Assembly (NCBI RefSeq): GCF_001194135.2 | Contig: NC_068996.1 | Location: forward strand, 39,313,504 to 39,377,503 | Source: Octopus bimaculoides | Taxonomy: Eukaryota | Length of the DNA: 64,000 bases | Direction: 5' to 3' | The notes under the pieces: model-generated | The model's input: only the letters and a program-made list of their open reading frames with translations | What the model was told of the DNA's origin: nothing | The model's database searches: none | Shown here: positions 54,101-64,000 of the stretch, one piece after another | How the letters are laid out: every line of letters starts with the position of its first letter | Position numbering within the stretch: the first letter of the stretch is position 1 | Translations under genes and position numbers: made by a program

Positions 54101-56616
54101 TCTAAATTAAAGTTTACCATTAAGATTCCTCATTAATTTATGTTCCAATTACCAGCTTAGTAATGACCAAGATATTTTATCAAATTCTTTATTATTTTTG
54201 AAATTAATTGAAGCAAGTGCAGTGTTGTTCAACAGAAATATGGTAAGAAAAGGGTTAAGGTGAAATAAGCAAAAGCAAAAGTTTTAGCAAGTAGGAAGTA
54301 AAATAGTCTGGAAAATGTTTGTACTTGGAAATGTTTGTACTCAATATGCATTAAAGGAGTAGGTAGCAATATGATATGGTGTGCTTAGCAAAGAATGGGT
54401 GTATAAGATGTGGGAATCATCTGCAAGTTAACAGAGAAGGTAGATTCCATATGCAGAGCAGGTGCACTGGAACTGTAATCATTGGGTATTTGAGAGAATC
54501 TATTTCCTGAATGCTCTCAAATGGCTCTCTAAAAGTAGTTGATATTTCGTTACACAAGTGGCCTAATTAGCTGTGGAAGCAGATGTCTAGAAGAAGTGTA
54601 GTAGCAGAGTAAGAATGGGTTGGAAAAAAATGTTTAAGAGAGCTGGCAATAAAGAGCTTTCCCCTTAGTGTGATGGGCAGATGGTATTGATTCCTTTGCG
54701 TGGGGTACAACGATGCATGGTAGTGAGATGGGTACCCTGAATTCAGTGGACTGGTAAAACCTGACAAAAAATGAAGCAAGCATGCTTTGCTGATAGTGTA
54801 ACATCAGTGTGCTGAATATTAGAGGAATCTAGTGTGGTATGCAAGAGAAATGGTTGTGCTGATAGCAGTATGTGGTTAGTATACACCAGTGGTCCTCAAT
54901 AGGGGTTCATATGGCCCTTTAGGGTCCCTTTAAGATTTAATTGTTAAAAATTATGTGCAATGAATCAGTTATACTTCTACTGTATACAAAATATTTTAAC
55001 ATTTTTCTTTTTTGCAATCCCTTATATTTAATTCTAAAAATGTAATGGAATTTTTTTAAAACTTCAAATGTCTAGGGAGGGGGGGGTCAGTAGTGTAAAA
55101 TAGGAATCAAAGGGGTAGAAAATGGTTGAGGAATACTGGCATAGAGAATAGCAACTGTATGAGGAAGTGTTGAGTGTTCAAAATGAATTGAACATGTGGA
55201 AGAGGGAAAACGAGAAATACTTGAGACAAAATGGTGAAGACTGATCTCAAAGTGCTGCATTTGTGTGGAAAAACACTGGTGATAGCCAGTGCTTGGCAAA
55301 ATCTATATTAAACTGAGAGCAAGGAATGATGGAGGCTCGGAAATTCTTAGCCTTTCACACATTATGTATCTAAGTCACCATTTGCTGCCCCTACTGCTTA
55401 CTCGATATCCTCAAATATCTCACCCCTTTTTATTCAAAGTACCATACCGTCTGTGACTTAATTTCTCCTGCCTCTACCACCATCTGTAGCTTGCTGCCCC
55501 TCTCTCCTTCCAAACTGCACTGCTTTTAGTAACGAGGGATTCCAGCAGATCTCTTAATACCTGGTACACTTCAATCTCTTTCCTCATATACTGCTTGTCA
55601 ATGCTTCCTTCCCACCCCTCATGTTAACTCCTTCACTGACATCTATAATTCTTACCAGCTAACATAATAACCCTTTTTATGCTGTTAACCTCCACCCCTT
55701 TTCCCCTCTGCTATTCTTTATTGGCATCTCCATCTTCGTTGGTGTCTCCTGCATTGCAATACCTAATACAAGTTGCAATAGATCTGATGGAACCCCAATA
55801 CTCTTTACCGCCACCCCCCACCTCTCTCTCCCATTCCCACTCACCTATAAACATGTGCTACCTGCCACTACTCCCCCTTCTCTCACATCTTTATTGATAT
55901 ACTTTACTCTGCTAACTTTACCCTTCTATATTACTAGCCACCACTTCCTTTTTCCCCAGGTGTCACTCATTATTGATATATCTACCACACACTCTTTCTA
56001 CTAACTGTTTCTATAACTTTTTCATCATTTGTTCTACCCACTGAGTTTTACTATCTTTCATTACACCCTGCAGTTATGGCCTCTCTTACTGTCTGTCTCT
56101 TTTCCTTACAGTGTCTCCCATTTATCATTCCCTCCATACTGTCGCTTGATTGCTCTGTCCCCTGCCCCACTCCCTCATAATTTTGCTTCTCACTCTTTCT
56201 CTGCGCCTACTTTTGTTAATTTTCTGCACTCCTTTTCTACCTTATCTGCCTGCCTTGAATGGATACAGCATACAGTTGTGAGGATCCCTTATTCTTTTTC
56301 GAAGTACAAGGAAATTTCACTAGTGATGATGCCACTATAAAATCCACCCAATATATTCTGTCAAGTGACTGGCACAACAAAGGGTTATGGATCGACTCTT
56401 TTACTTGTTTAAGTCATTTGACTGCGGCCATGCTGGAGCACCACCTTTTAGTCTAGCAAATCGACTCCAGGACTTATTCTTTGTAAGCCTAGTACTTATT
56501 CTATCATTCTCTTTTTCCGAACCGCTAAGTTATGGGGACGTAAACACACCAGCATCAGTTGTCAAGCGATGTTGGGGGGACACAGACACACAAACATATA
56601 CACACACACACATACA

Positions 56617-56700
<84 letters not shown>

Positions 56701-59700
56701 TATATACATATATACGATGGGCTTCTTTAAGTTTCCGTCTACCAAATCCACTCACAAGGCTTTGGTTGGCCCGAGGCTATAGTAGAAGACACTTGGCCAA
56801 GGTGCCACGCAGTGGGACTGAACCAGGAATCATGTGGTTGGTAAGCAAGCTACTTACCACACAGCCACTCCTGCGCCTATGTTATCAAAGCCATGACAAC
56901 TTCCCTAGTGTTAGGGTGCTGTGGTAAACTTCATGAGCAGACAAAGTCTCTTACCATGTCTTGGACCATATAACATGTCCAACCCATGCCATCATGGAAA
57001 GTGGATCTGCAGCCAGGAAGTCAAGGTAAGATCAAGTCTTACCTAATTTCCTGTCTGTAGTCTACTGTTTGGTCAATGATGGAGCCCAGTAGTTTGGACT
57101 TGTTGACTGGCATCATGTCATGAACTGCTCAGGATTTCTACTATCAGCCATGATATGATCTTGGTCTTCTTTGGTGCTCATCTGAGGTTGAAACTTGCTA
57201 ACTTTGTCAATCAGTTCCTGGAGTTCATCTGGAATAGTGGCAATCTGCAGTGTCATTAGCATAACAAACAAAAGTTATATAGCTGCTGCTTGTGGATTCA
57301 AATAAGATCATCTGCTAACCTCTACATCATCTCTTACTAATAGTAGACAAAGTAGACATGTGAAACATGACACCCTTGTTGATCTCCTTTGCTGATGCTA
57401 AGCATAAGTTAACTGCTGGACCTTCATCATGTGTAAAATAACTCTCTTGTCGTGGAATGCTAGACTTGGTTATAAGCTTTTGTTTTATAGTTTATGAATG
57501 CAGTGTACAGTGGAACATTATGTTTGCTGGCTTTTTGGATGAGATTCTTCATATTAAGACCTGGTCCCTCTTGCTCAGCCCTTTATGAAACTCCATTCAC
57601 ACTCCTGTGGACTGTTCTTCAGTAGTCCATTCCACCCTGTTTAGCATAATTTCCAGCAACATCTTGCTTGTGCTGCTATGGTGTAGTGTTCCGAGCATTC
57701 AACTGTGTCTTTTTCAGCCTTAGGTAGTTCAACTAAGTCTGCTTGCCTGCAGTCTGCTGGCTGTTTGCCTATCTCACAGATATTATTACACAGCTTGGTG
57801 AGAACTTTTGTCATCATGTTGTTTGTTTTCTGTAACTCTGCAGGAAGGTCATTGCCACTTACTGCTTTGTTATTGGGTTGGTGCCGAATTACTTCCCTCA
57901 ATTCCTCTTTCAGAATTTCTAGCATACAGTGCAGCATGTTTCTGCTATAGTTACAGTTTGAATCGGAAATGCCCTGGACATCCTGATAGTATATAGTATT
58001 CTTCCTACCCACTCAGATAATCCTTCAAGTCTGTTAGCTCTCTTCATACTTAATGTTGCATTGATTGGTTGGAAATTTTTTCCTAAATTTTTTTTTATGA
58101 CAGTATTACCTATTGTAGTGTTATGGTGAAAATCTTCCTCTTTTTTCCCTACACTGCCTTTCCAACCATTAGGCCCTTTCCTGCCTAGATTGGTATTGTT
58201 TTGCTCTAAGATGCTTCATATCTCTGCTTAATCTCTTCTGGAGAAAATTGTGTAGTCCCGAATGAGTGCCTCCTGTCCATCAGCCAATTAGTATCTTCAG
58301 TTGATTAGATTTCTTGGATTCTTTACCTAGTATCTTTTCTGCTGTGGTCTTGACCTCTTGAAATTCCCAAACAACTCATTATAGCAATGTTCCATTCCAA
58401 ACAATTATGGAATTTGTTAAATTCTGTAGCTTTGGGGGTTGTCTGAGGACATCATGATTAAGCTTTATCTCTCTAGTTCTGTTTTCTCTTCTATTCAGTA
58501 CTTGTGATAAAAAGGTTGTTGTGGCAGCAGACAAGGTATTTCCTTGTGTGGTACTGAGTTCTCAGGCTCTAATACCCTCCACTAAGGACTTCCCTTCTAC
58601 AATGGTACTAAACCCTGCTGCAACTATCACAATATCTCGGCTTGGGCAGCCATAGTGGGTGTCTTGCACAAAGCAATAGTAAGCCCCCATCTCCTCATTT
58701 GTTTTGTTGTAGGTAAATAAACCTGGATCAAAGAGAGATTGAATGGTGGAGCTTTTCAAATATGCATAGACACCCGATTATTGACTCCCCTGTAGGAGAT
58801 TCAGCTTTTTATGGCATTCTTAGAATGGACTACACCACTACCTCTGTACCAATTCCTTTCAGAATAATGAGCTAGCTTGACCTAATGTGCCAGGTCTCTG
58901 TCAAACGCATTGTTTCATTTCCTCACCACTTGGTGAAGTGCTTTGATATTCCCTATGCATTTATGTGTTGTGTGCCTTAGGTTATCCTTCTGAAGGCTTT
59001 CTTATTTTTATTAGCACCAATCCTTCATGTGATAAAGTTTGAGGTCATTTCAACATTAGCTGCAGCATTCTTCATAGCTGACCCATCTCCAGTAGCCCAT
59101 GTGATGGTGACCTCCACTTCCTGAAGGGCCTAACACTACTATGTATCTCTTCATATGTTCACCAGTTCGTCTTTTCTTTTTCCAGAATGAATAGAGTTGG
59201 TGAGACCCAAGTTCTCATCAGGCCTGATTTAAGTTTTGGTTGACACCCTTAGCTTTCATTTCTTTACAGGAAGTGGGCGGGGTTTATGCTTGTTGTCCTT
59301 CTCTTAGCCTGGCTGCTTTTGCCCAACTCTAACTGCTTTCCCAGTTATACTGCTGATGTAACAGTTGACACACCAGTGCCTTCTTTTAGAGACATGCTTT
59401 AACAAAAGTTGAGACGTAACTTGCTTCCTGTGGTATTAGAGCATGCTAGACAGTAACCTGGGATTTGTAAGACCCCTCAGCATTGCTAGACAGTAACCTG
59501 GGATTTGTAAGACCCCTCAGCATTGCTAGATAGTCATGGGCCCTGTATTAGGTTCGTTCATCTCTTTGATAGTTATTGTTTTTGTACTGGAAACTAGTTT
59601 AGTTGCTAATGTCCCAACACTGCAATAGGCTGTACCAGAAAACTACATCTTACTTGTGGTACTTACAAGTGACCTGATGCATATATACACACACTCACAC

Positions 59701-61137
59701 TCACTTGTGATATATACACAAACTCACATGTGTGTAAGTTTGTGTGTACGTACGTGCATGCATGCATATATCATCATCATCATCATCATTTGTTTGTTTT
59801 CCATGCTGGCATGGATTAGGTGGTTTGATAGGTATCGACAATCATGAGAACTTCACTGAATTCCAGTGTCTGCTTTAGCATGGCTTTGATAGCTGGATGC
59901 CCTTCCTAATGCCAACCACTTCACAGAGTATACTGGGTGCTTCTCTCGTGGCACCGGCACAGTTAGGATTGTTATGTAACTCACAAGATGCCTGCAACTG
60001 AGGAGATGGCTTTATTCCAGGTGTTGAGAAGTTAAAATATTATAGAGGGACAGGAACAAGTGTCTTGCAGAGGATGAGATACGTGGCTTCCCCAGCTGGC
60101 AAGAGAGAGAGGTAATCGGGGTACAAGGTTCTCAACCAGGGTCCATATAAGATTTTCTTGTTAAAAATTGTCTGCTAAATTGGTTATTCTTCTGTACACA
60201 CAATATTTTAACAATGTTTTTAAAAGCAATTCCTAATATTTAATTACAAAAATATAATAGGAGTTTTTTTGACATTGAATGGCTTTGAGGGTCCACACAA
60301 ACAAAATAAGAATTGGTGGGGTCCACTGGGCAAAAATGGTTGAGAACCACTTATACAAAGGATAAGAAAAGTTGTATGGTAAGTTCTCAAGTGTGTGAGA
60401 GGAGAGTGATACATGGTTATAGATGGCAGTAGAGGTGGTTTTAGTGAATGGAGCACTCAAGTGAAGGTGTGATCAATAGTAAATTTTTGGGGTAGGGCTG
60501 AAGGAAATATGATTGGGTCAGGTAGGAGGAGATGCATGGAGGTAATAAAGGGCTCTAGTGAGGAGACTAAGTGTAGGTGAATAGACGGTATCATTTTACA
60601 GTACTTGAATGAATAATGTTTTAGCTAGTAGAGTGACTTAAGGATCGACAGAGCTTCCTTTTTTAGACATGACCCCCCCCCCCTTTGTTTTGTTTGCTGA
60701 GATGAAACGGTTCTGCTCAAGCATGACGAATTGCCAATCATCTGGGTCTTCTGTTTTGTCCTTTGTGAGGCTCATTTCAAAGTCAGTTTTGACTTCTTGT
60801 CTCACATCGTCTAGGGTCTCCTTCTTCTTTAGATTCTATCCCTGTTTAGCAATCATCACTTCTTTATCCAGCTGTCTTGCCTCAACTAACATTTCAACAA
60901 TCTCTCTACGCTATCCTTTCATTCTACCAATATTGATCGTGGGGGCTCTGAGGTTATGGACCTTCTGAAAACTCTTGCCAACGGGCAGTGAGTCCTTGCA
61001 CATGCTTGATGAAACAGGTAGTTGTTACTCAATGAATTACTATTTCCTTCAATCCTGCCAAACTTTTAGGGACAAGCAGATATATGTATATTTCTCCCAT
61101 GCCCCACCTCTCTCTCTCTCTCTGTATATATATATAC

Positions 61138-61170
<33 letters not shown>

Positions 61171-63508
61171 TTCTTGTTTCAATCATGCTTGAGTACCTTC
61201 TTTACTTGAACAAATCTACCCTATTCTATCGGTCTCTTATGCTGAACCACTAAGTTACAGGGGACGTAAACACACCAACACTGGTCGTCAAGCGATGGTG
61301 GACACACACACACACACACACACATATATGATGGGTTTCTTTCAGTTTCCTTCTATGTACAAAATCCACTCACAAGGTTTTGGTCAGCCCGAGGCTATAG
61401 TATATATATATAAATAATCTTTCACTCGTATAGGCACTTTCTTGGCTCCCCTACCATCTAAAACGCAATCAATCAGTAATTAATCCTCTAGAAACCTGTA
61501 AGAAACAATGCTATTGCAAAGTAATTATAATATTGAATAAATCTCTCTTCAAAAGCTGTTCCTATGTTTTGACGAAAAATTACCATTATTGTTTTTATTC
61601 TTTGCAGCTCTTCAGCTCCCACTTGGGAAGACTGTGATGCATCTAGTAGCAAGAGAAAACTTACCTGAACCAAATAACCAGGGTATGTATCTTTATTTCA
61701 TTCATCTAAAATTTGGCATGGCTCTTCTAGTATGGCATATCAATATTGATTTAGTTTGTTGTTTTGAAAGTATATTTACATAATTACTATGAAGTAAATC
61801 AGTTAATTCACCTTCAGTGATCATCCTCCACACCAGAAGTGTTAAAGGTCGCTCCCCACTGGTGAAGACGATCATTTTGCAAAAGAGCCGTGCTAGTGCC
61901 GCATTAAAATCACCCATCACACACTGTAAAGTGGTTAAGTGCAAGAAAGGGCATCCAGCTGTAGAAACCAGGCCAAGTCAGACTGAAACCTGGTGCAGCT
62001 CTCCAGCTTGCCAACTCTGNNNNNNNNNNNNNNNNNNNNNNNNNNNNNNNNNNNNNNNNNNNNNNNNNNNTAAAGTGGTTGGCATTAGGAAGGGCATCCA
62101 GCTGTAGAAAAGGGGCCAAATCAGACTGGAACCTGGTGCAGCTCTCCAGCTTGCCAACTCTAGCACTCAGCACACACTATTAAGTGGTTGGCATTAGGAA
62201 GGGCATCCAGCTGTAGAAACCAGGCCAAGTCAGACTGAAACCTGGTGCAGCTCTCCAGCTTGCCAACTCTGGATGAACTGTTCAACCCATGCCAGAATGG
62301 AAAATGGATGTTAAAGGATAATGATGATGATGATGATGCTGCATTCTTAAGTTGATGTAACCCTTGGGATTTTATGTAAAAATAGAGATGTTTACAGCCT
62401 AAAAATAATATGTATTGGAATACCATCATCATAATGTCCACTTTTCCATACTCACATCGGTTGGACAGAAATTTTTAAGGTAGATTTTTTTAGATAGATG
62501 CCCTTCCTGTCATCAACCCTCACTTGTTTCCTGGCATGGTAATATTTCATCATGACCAGACACAAGACTGGAAGCGAATAGCACCATTTGCATGACGGTG
62601 ACGCTCATTTACAAATAGCACGCACTGTCATGGCAAGGAGACAGTAACACACACACACGTGTTACAGGCTTCTCTCAGTTTCCATCTACTAACTCTACTC
62701 AGAAAGCTTTGGTCGGCCAAGTGCTTATAGTAGGAAACATTTTCCCAAAATTGGAACACAGTGGGACTGAACCCAAAACTTATGTGTGTCAAGAAGCAAA
62801 CTTCTTTCTGTACAGCCATGCCTGTGTCTCTGTAGTAAGAATGGTTAAAACATAATTTAAGAAATGCCATTTTCAAGAGATATTCTTTTTGATGCAGACT
62901 TCTAGTTTCATTGCTGTCTTTTGAACTTGTTGGTATGAAACTGATGCTCAAAGGGATCTGTTTACTCTATTTATTTCTTTCCCTTCCTCCTTCCATAACT
63001 GCTGGAAATTAGAAGTTAATAAAAATTCTGCGGTGTTAAAACAACATTAGGTCAACTTTACTACGGTTTAGCATTGGCAAATAATGTACTTAGCTGCCTG
63101 GGCCATAGATGCTAGCAATGATACACTTTGAAAACATAGTACCCTTGGCCATTGATCTCACAGACGTTACTCTTCCAAGCATCATGTGAGTGACTCTACT
63201 AGTCAGTGGATGATTTTTTTGTTTTTTCTCTAAAACCATGCATTCATAATGCTACTTTTAAAACCATCTGTTGAGTGCTACACCTTACCAAAGAGCCGTC
63301 TGTATTTGGTCCTATCTTGTCATAAAGTTGTGTATGTAAGAGAGGGTAAAATATGTCTTTGTGTGCATACATATTTCTATGTGTATATATGTACGTTTCT
63401 GTATATATCATTATTATAATATTTTTGTTTTTTATTGTTTTTGCAGGACAATTGAAAAAGGATAAAAATGGAGAAAGTGCATGTAGTAACTGTTGTATTA
63501 TACTTTGA
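32221..63508 (+). CDS. UBL3: Ubiquitin-like protein 3 (UBL3/MUB), multi-exon CDS span, 5'-partial (exons 32221-32329, 33657-33743, 61608-61682, 63447-63508)
   Basis: The four exons splice in frame (109+87+75+62 = 333 nt) to [110 protein letters not shown]. This matches the recalled human UBL3 sequence ([35 protein letters not shown]...[45 protein letters not shown]...CCVIL). All introns are GT-AG. Confidence 0.97.
33657..33743 (+). CDS. UBL3: UBL3 coding exon 3 ([29 protein letters not shown])
   Basis: Acceptor tattttag|ATTGG, donor GGAG|gtaagt; 87 nt, phase 1-1; contains the [10 protein letters not shown] ubiquitin-fold motif. Confidence 0.97.
33796..34010. mobile_element. piggyBac-type MITE (second subfamily), 52 bp downstream of UBL3 exon 3
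   Basis: TTAA|CCCTTTTGTTACC ... GTTAACCAAAGGG|TGAA. Its left end is also found inverted at about 54180-54254 (followed by TTAA). Confidence 0.6.
35100..36800 (-). mobile_element. Decayed RTE-clade LINE RT fragment
   Basis: Minus-strand relics: IDLEK...[23 protein letters not shown] and [17 protein letters not shown]. Confidence 0.8.
38207..38614 (+). mobile_element. tRNA-derived SINE, family A
   Basis: Same head, internal microsatellite and tail as 56397-56880. Confidence 0.9.
40087..40700 (+). mobile_element. RTE-tail-type repeat (family B) with internal sub-repeats and a (GAT)n end
   Basis: Ends GGAGTGGTTGGTGTTAGGAAGGGCATCCAGCTGTAGAAAC...GGACGTTAAACGATGATAATG; four degenerate units containing GGTGGCACGTAAAA. 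Confidence 0.8.
40840..41048. repeat. Inverted repeat with about 60-bp arms containing the hammerhead 3' half GAAACAGC(C/T)GTA
   Basis: tgcattacagccatttcaagtagttccgtttaattgatcaatgcaaacattacatca (40848-40904) pairs with 40984-41040. Confidence 0.65.
41425..41460 (-). ncRNA. Minimal hammerhead-like motif in a probable Penelope-like element end
   Basis: Minus strand reads CUUU-CCGACGA-A-GGGC-UAC-GCCC-GAAA-CGUC/AUAC. Stem II is 4 GC pairs, helix III is the ACGU palindrome and the triplet is GUC. Helix I is weak. Confidence 0.5.
42320..42770 (+). mobile_element. SINE family A with expanded internal microsatellite
   Basis: Family A body and tail motifs around a compound TG/TA tract. Confidence 0.8.
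42980..43500 (-). mobile_element. Family B repeat
   Basis: (CAT)n followed by tttaacgtccattgtccatgctggc...ggatgcccttcctaatgccaaccactc. Other copies lie at about 585, 6355, 17105, 24440, 28560, 31735, 34190, 37570, 46760, 52960 and 59780. Confidence 0.8.
45034..45230. mobile_element. Penelope-like head-to-head inverted terminal fragment with a perfect 40-bp inverted repeat
   Basis: 45034-45073 is the exact reverse complement of 45117-45156, and the loop holds the hammerhead core. A related copy lies at 51190-51320. Confidence 0.6.
45063..45110 (-). ncRNA. Type I minimal hammerhead ribozyme motif (Penelope-like/retrozyme type)
   Basis: Minus strand reads AAAACUGU-CCGAUGA-ACGGGAACAU-GAAA-CUCAGAGU-A/ACGGUUUU. 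It has an 8-bp helix I, a near-palindromic helix III (ACUC-A-GAGU) and a GUA cleavage triplet. Core position 4 is C instead of U. Confidence 0.7.
45629..45949. mobile_element. hAT-Charlie-type MITE, family 1, second copy
   Basis: TIRs CATGGCTGACCAAC / GTTGGCCAGGCCTG; perfect 8-bp TSD ATCTAGAA on both sides. Confidence 0.85.
47006..47243. repeat. Inverted repeat with 36-bp arms resembling decayed hammerheads
   Basis: cttagggttacagctgttttgcagccttcatcatgt (47006-47041) pairs with 47208-47243. The minus reading is AUGAUGA-AGGCUGC-AAAAC-AGCUGU-A. Confidence 0.6.
48079..48470 (+). mobile_element. SINE family A
   Basis: Family A head, body and tail. Confidence 0.88.
49372..49829. mobile_element. 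Tc1/mariner (Tigger/pogo-type) MITE containing an expanded minisatellite
   Basis: TA|CAATAATCCCTC ... GAGGGATTACTA|TA: TIRs with TA TSD. Confidence 0.7.
49506..49812. repeat. 30-bp minisatellite, about 10.2 near-identical units (CTGCAATGTACTGAGTGTGTGATAGGTGAA)
   Basis: Directly visible with period 30 and only 1-2 substitutions in a few units. Confidence 0.95.
49860..51010 (-). mobile_element. Decayed RTE-clade LINE RT fragment (same family as 35100-36800)
   Basis: LYADD motif at about 50653-50670, and [21 protein letters not shown]...ERNEASVL. Confidence 0.8.
51083..51160. repeat. (GT)n microsatellite
   Basis: Directly visible. Confidence 0.97.
51284..51317 (-). ncRNA. Decayed sibling of the 45063-45110 hammerhead
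   Basis: Minus strand reads ACUGU-CCAAUGA-AUG-GGAA-CAU-GAAAC-UGAGC. The flank at 51205-51260 is the reverse complement of the 45150-45200 flank. Confidence 0.45.
51563..51651 (-). ncRNA. Type I hammerhead ribozyme motif with long stem II (left arm of a palindromic element)
   Basis: Minus strand reads AAUUUUAU-CUGAUGA-UGGUGGAAU...AUUCUACU-GAAA-CAAGUC/GUAAAUU. The core is canonical, the triplet is GUC, helix I is 5 bp and the base of stem II is 8 bp. Confidence 0.65.
51747..51837 (+). ncRNA. Degenerate type I hammerhead motif (right arm of the same palindromic element)
   Basis: AAUUUUAC-CUGAUGA-UGGUGGGGU...AUUCUACCA-GAAC-AGCUGUU-GUAAAUU. Helix I and the palindromic helix III (ACAGCUGU) are intact. 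GAAA lacks one A and position 17 is U. Confidence 0.5.
53446..53522. repeat. 26-bp tandem triplication inside a SINE A relic
   Basis: TATCTATCAAATTTCACTCACAGGTT occurs three times. Confidence 0.9.
53640..55340 (+). mobile_element. Decayed RTE-clade LINE fragment interrupted by piggyBac-type and hAT MITEs
   Basis: [22 protein letters not shown] at about 53960-54000, an SLSVMGR/MHGSE-like segment at about 54660-54730 and a TCGRG-like C-terminus at about 55190. Confidence 0.7.
54887..55138. mobile_element. hAT-type MITE, family 2, inserted in an RTE LINE remnant
   Basis: Ends CAGTGGTCCTCAAT ... GTTGAGGAATACTG. Confidence 0.65.
56397..56880 (-). mobile_element. tRNA-derived SINE, family A (full length, with internal TA/CA microsatellite)
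   Basis: Head GGCGCAGGAGTGGCTGTGTGGTAAG...GGTTCAGTCCCACTGCG (Pol III A/B boxes); tail GGTGCTCCAGCATGGCCGCAGTCAAATGACT; more than 15 copies in the window. Confidence 0.9.
57020..59560 (-). mobile_element. Decayed RTE-clade LINE (BovB-like), endonuclease plus reverse transcriptase
   Basis: Minus-strand relics: [29 protein letters not shown] (APE endonuclease), [29 protein letters not shown]...[12 protein letters not shown] (RT N-terminal part), YANDT at about 57250-57263 (YADD motif) and KLLGSII. Many stops. Confidence 0.8.
59445..59530. repeat. 40-bp exact tandem duplication at the 5' end of the RTE LINE
   Basis: GCTAGACAGTAACCTGGGATTTGTAAGACCCCTCAGCATT occurs twice, followed by GCTAGA. Confidence 0.95.
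60124..60352. mobile_element. hAT-type MITE, family 2
   Basis: Ends CAAGGTTCTCAACC ... GGTTGAGAACCACTT. Confidence 0.65.
61190..61400 (-). mobile_element. SINE family A (partial)
   Basis: Family A body motifs, about 200 bp upstream of UBL3 exon 4. Confidence 0.8.
61608..61682 (+). CDS. UBL3: UBL3 coding exon 4 ([25 protein letters not shown])
   Basis: Acceptor tttattctttgcag|CTCTT, donor CAGG|gtatgt; 75 nt, phase 1-1. Confidence 0.96.
61900..62340 (+). repeat. Family B repeat with tandem triplication of a roughly 110-bp segment (UBL3 intron 4)
   Basis: taaagtggttggcattaggaagggcatccagctgtagaaa...cttgccaactct occurs three times with distinguishing substitutions; a gap separates units 1 and 2. 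Confidence 0.8.
63447..63508 (+). CDS. UBL3: UBL3 last coding exon ([20 protein letters not shown]-stop), CAAX motif
   Basis: Acceptor ttttattgtttttgcag|GACAA; in frame with exon 4; ends TGT TGT ATT ATA CTT TGA. Confidence 0.95.
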
Positions 63509-63932
63509 CCAAACCATATTGGTTGGTAAAAAAACTGGAAAAATGAAAACAGTCATCATTGACTTATTAGCACCAGCTTGGTTAGTCAGGGACTGGGGAT
63601 GATATTCATTTTTCTTATTGGAATACACTATCACCATACACCAGAAATCAAAAGCAAGGAACTGCATGAGGAAACATTTAAATTGTGAAGCAAGCATATC
63701 TGATGACTGAGAATACTTTAGTTATTCAAATTCTTCGTTCTCCCGAACTTGTGACTCTTATGAACACATTCTTTCCAAGACTAAAAAAAAAAAAAAAGAA
63801 AAGAAAAGGATTTAGTTTTCTGTGAAGAACCAGCATTGATGTATTTGTATTGCCTCATGATAGAAGGGAATGATGGAAATACGGGAAGTGTGGTGACTGA
63901 GAATTGCAGCAGCTGAGATGTTTGGAGAAAAA

Positions 63933-63938
63933 AATAAA
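63933..63938 (+). promoter_or_regulatory. Possible polyadenylation signal in the UBL3 3' UTR
   Basis: AATAAA about 425 nt after the stop codon. It lies in an A-rich tract, so it may be chance. Confidence 0.25.
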
Positions 63939-63968
63939 TAATCCAATGTCCCTTTAAAGATATATATA

Positions 63969-64000
<32 letters not shown>

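Overview
AT-rich, microsatellite- and SINE-dense eukaryotic DNA with scaffold gaps. The repeat families look like Octopus (coleoid cephalopod); this is an inference from recalled repeat sequences. The only supportable protein-coding gene is UBL3 (ubiquitin-like protein 3 / MUB) on the + strand. Four coding exons are present: 32221-32329, 33657-33743, 61608-61682 and 63447-63508. All have canonical AG/GT boundaries, and the protein ends in the CAAX motif CCIIL. The short first coding exon could not be placed and is probably upstream of the window. The rest is intronic or flanking sequence: several tRNA-derived SINE families, decayed RTE-clade LINEs, a decayed hAT transposase, and hAT, piggyBac and Tigger-type MITEs. 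The most interesting signal is a set of type I hammerhead-ribozyme (HHR) motifs of the Penelope-like/retrozyme kind. Several sit in head-to-head inverted repeats of about 120-310 bp, with ribozymes reading outward on both strands. The best-preserved copies are antisense to UBL3. Nearly all entries in the ORF track are artefacts of microsatellites, N gaps or repeats.
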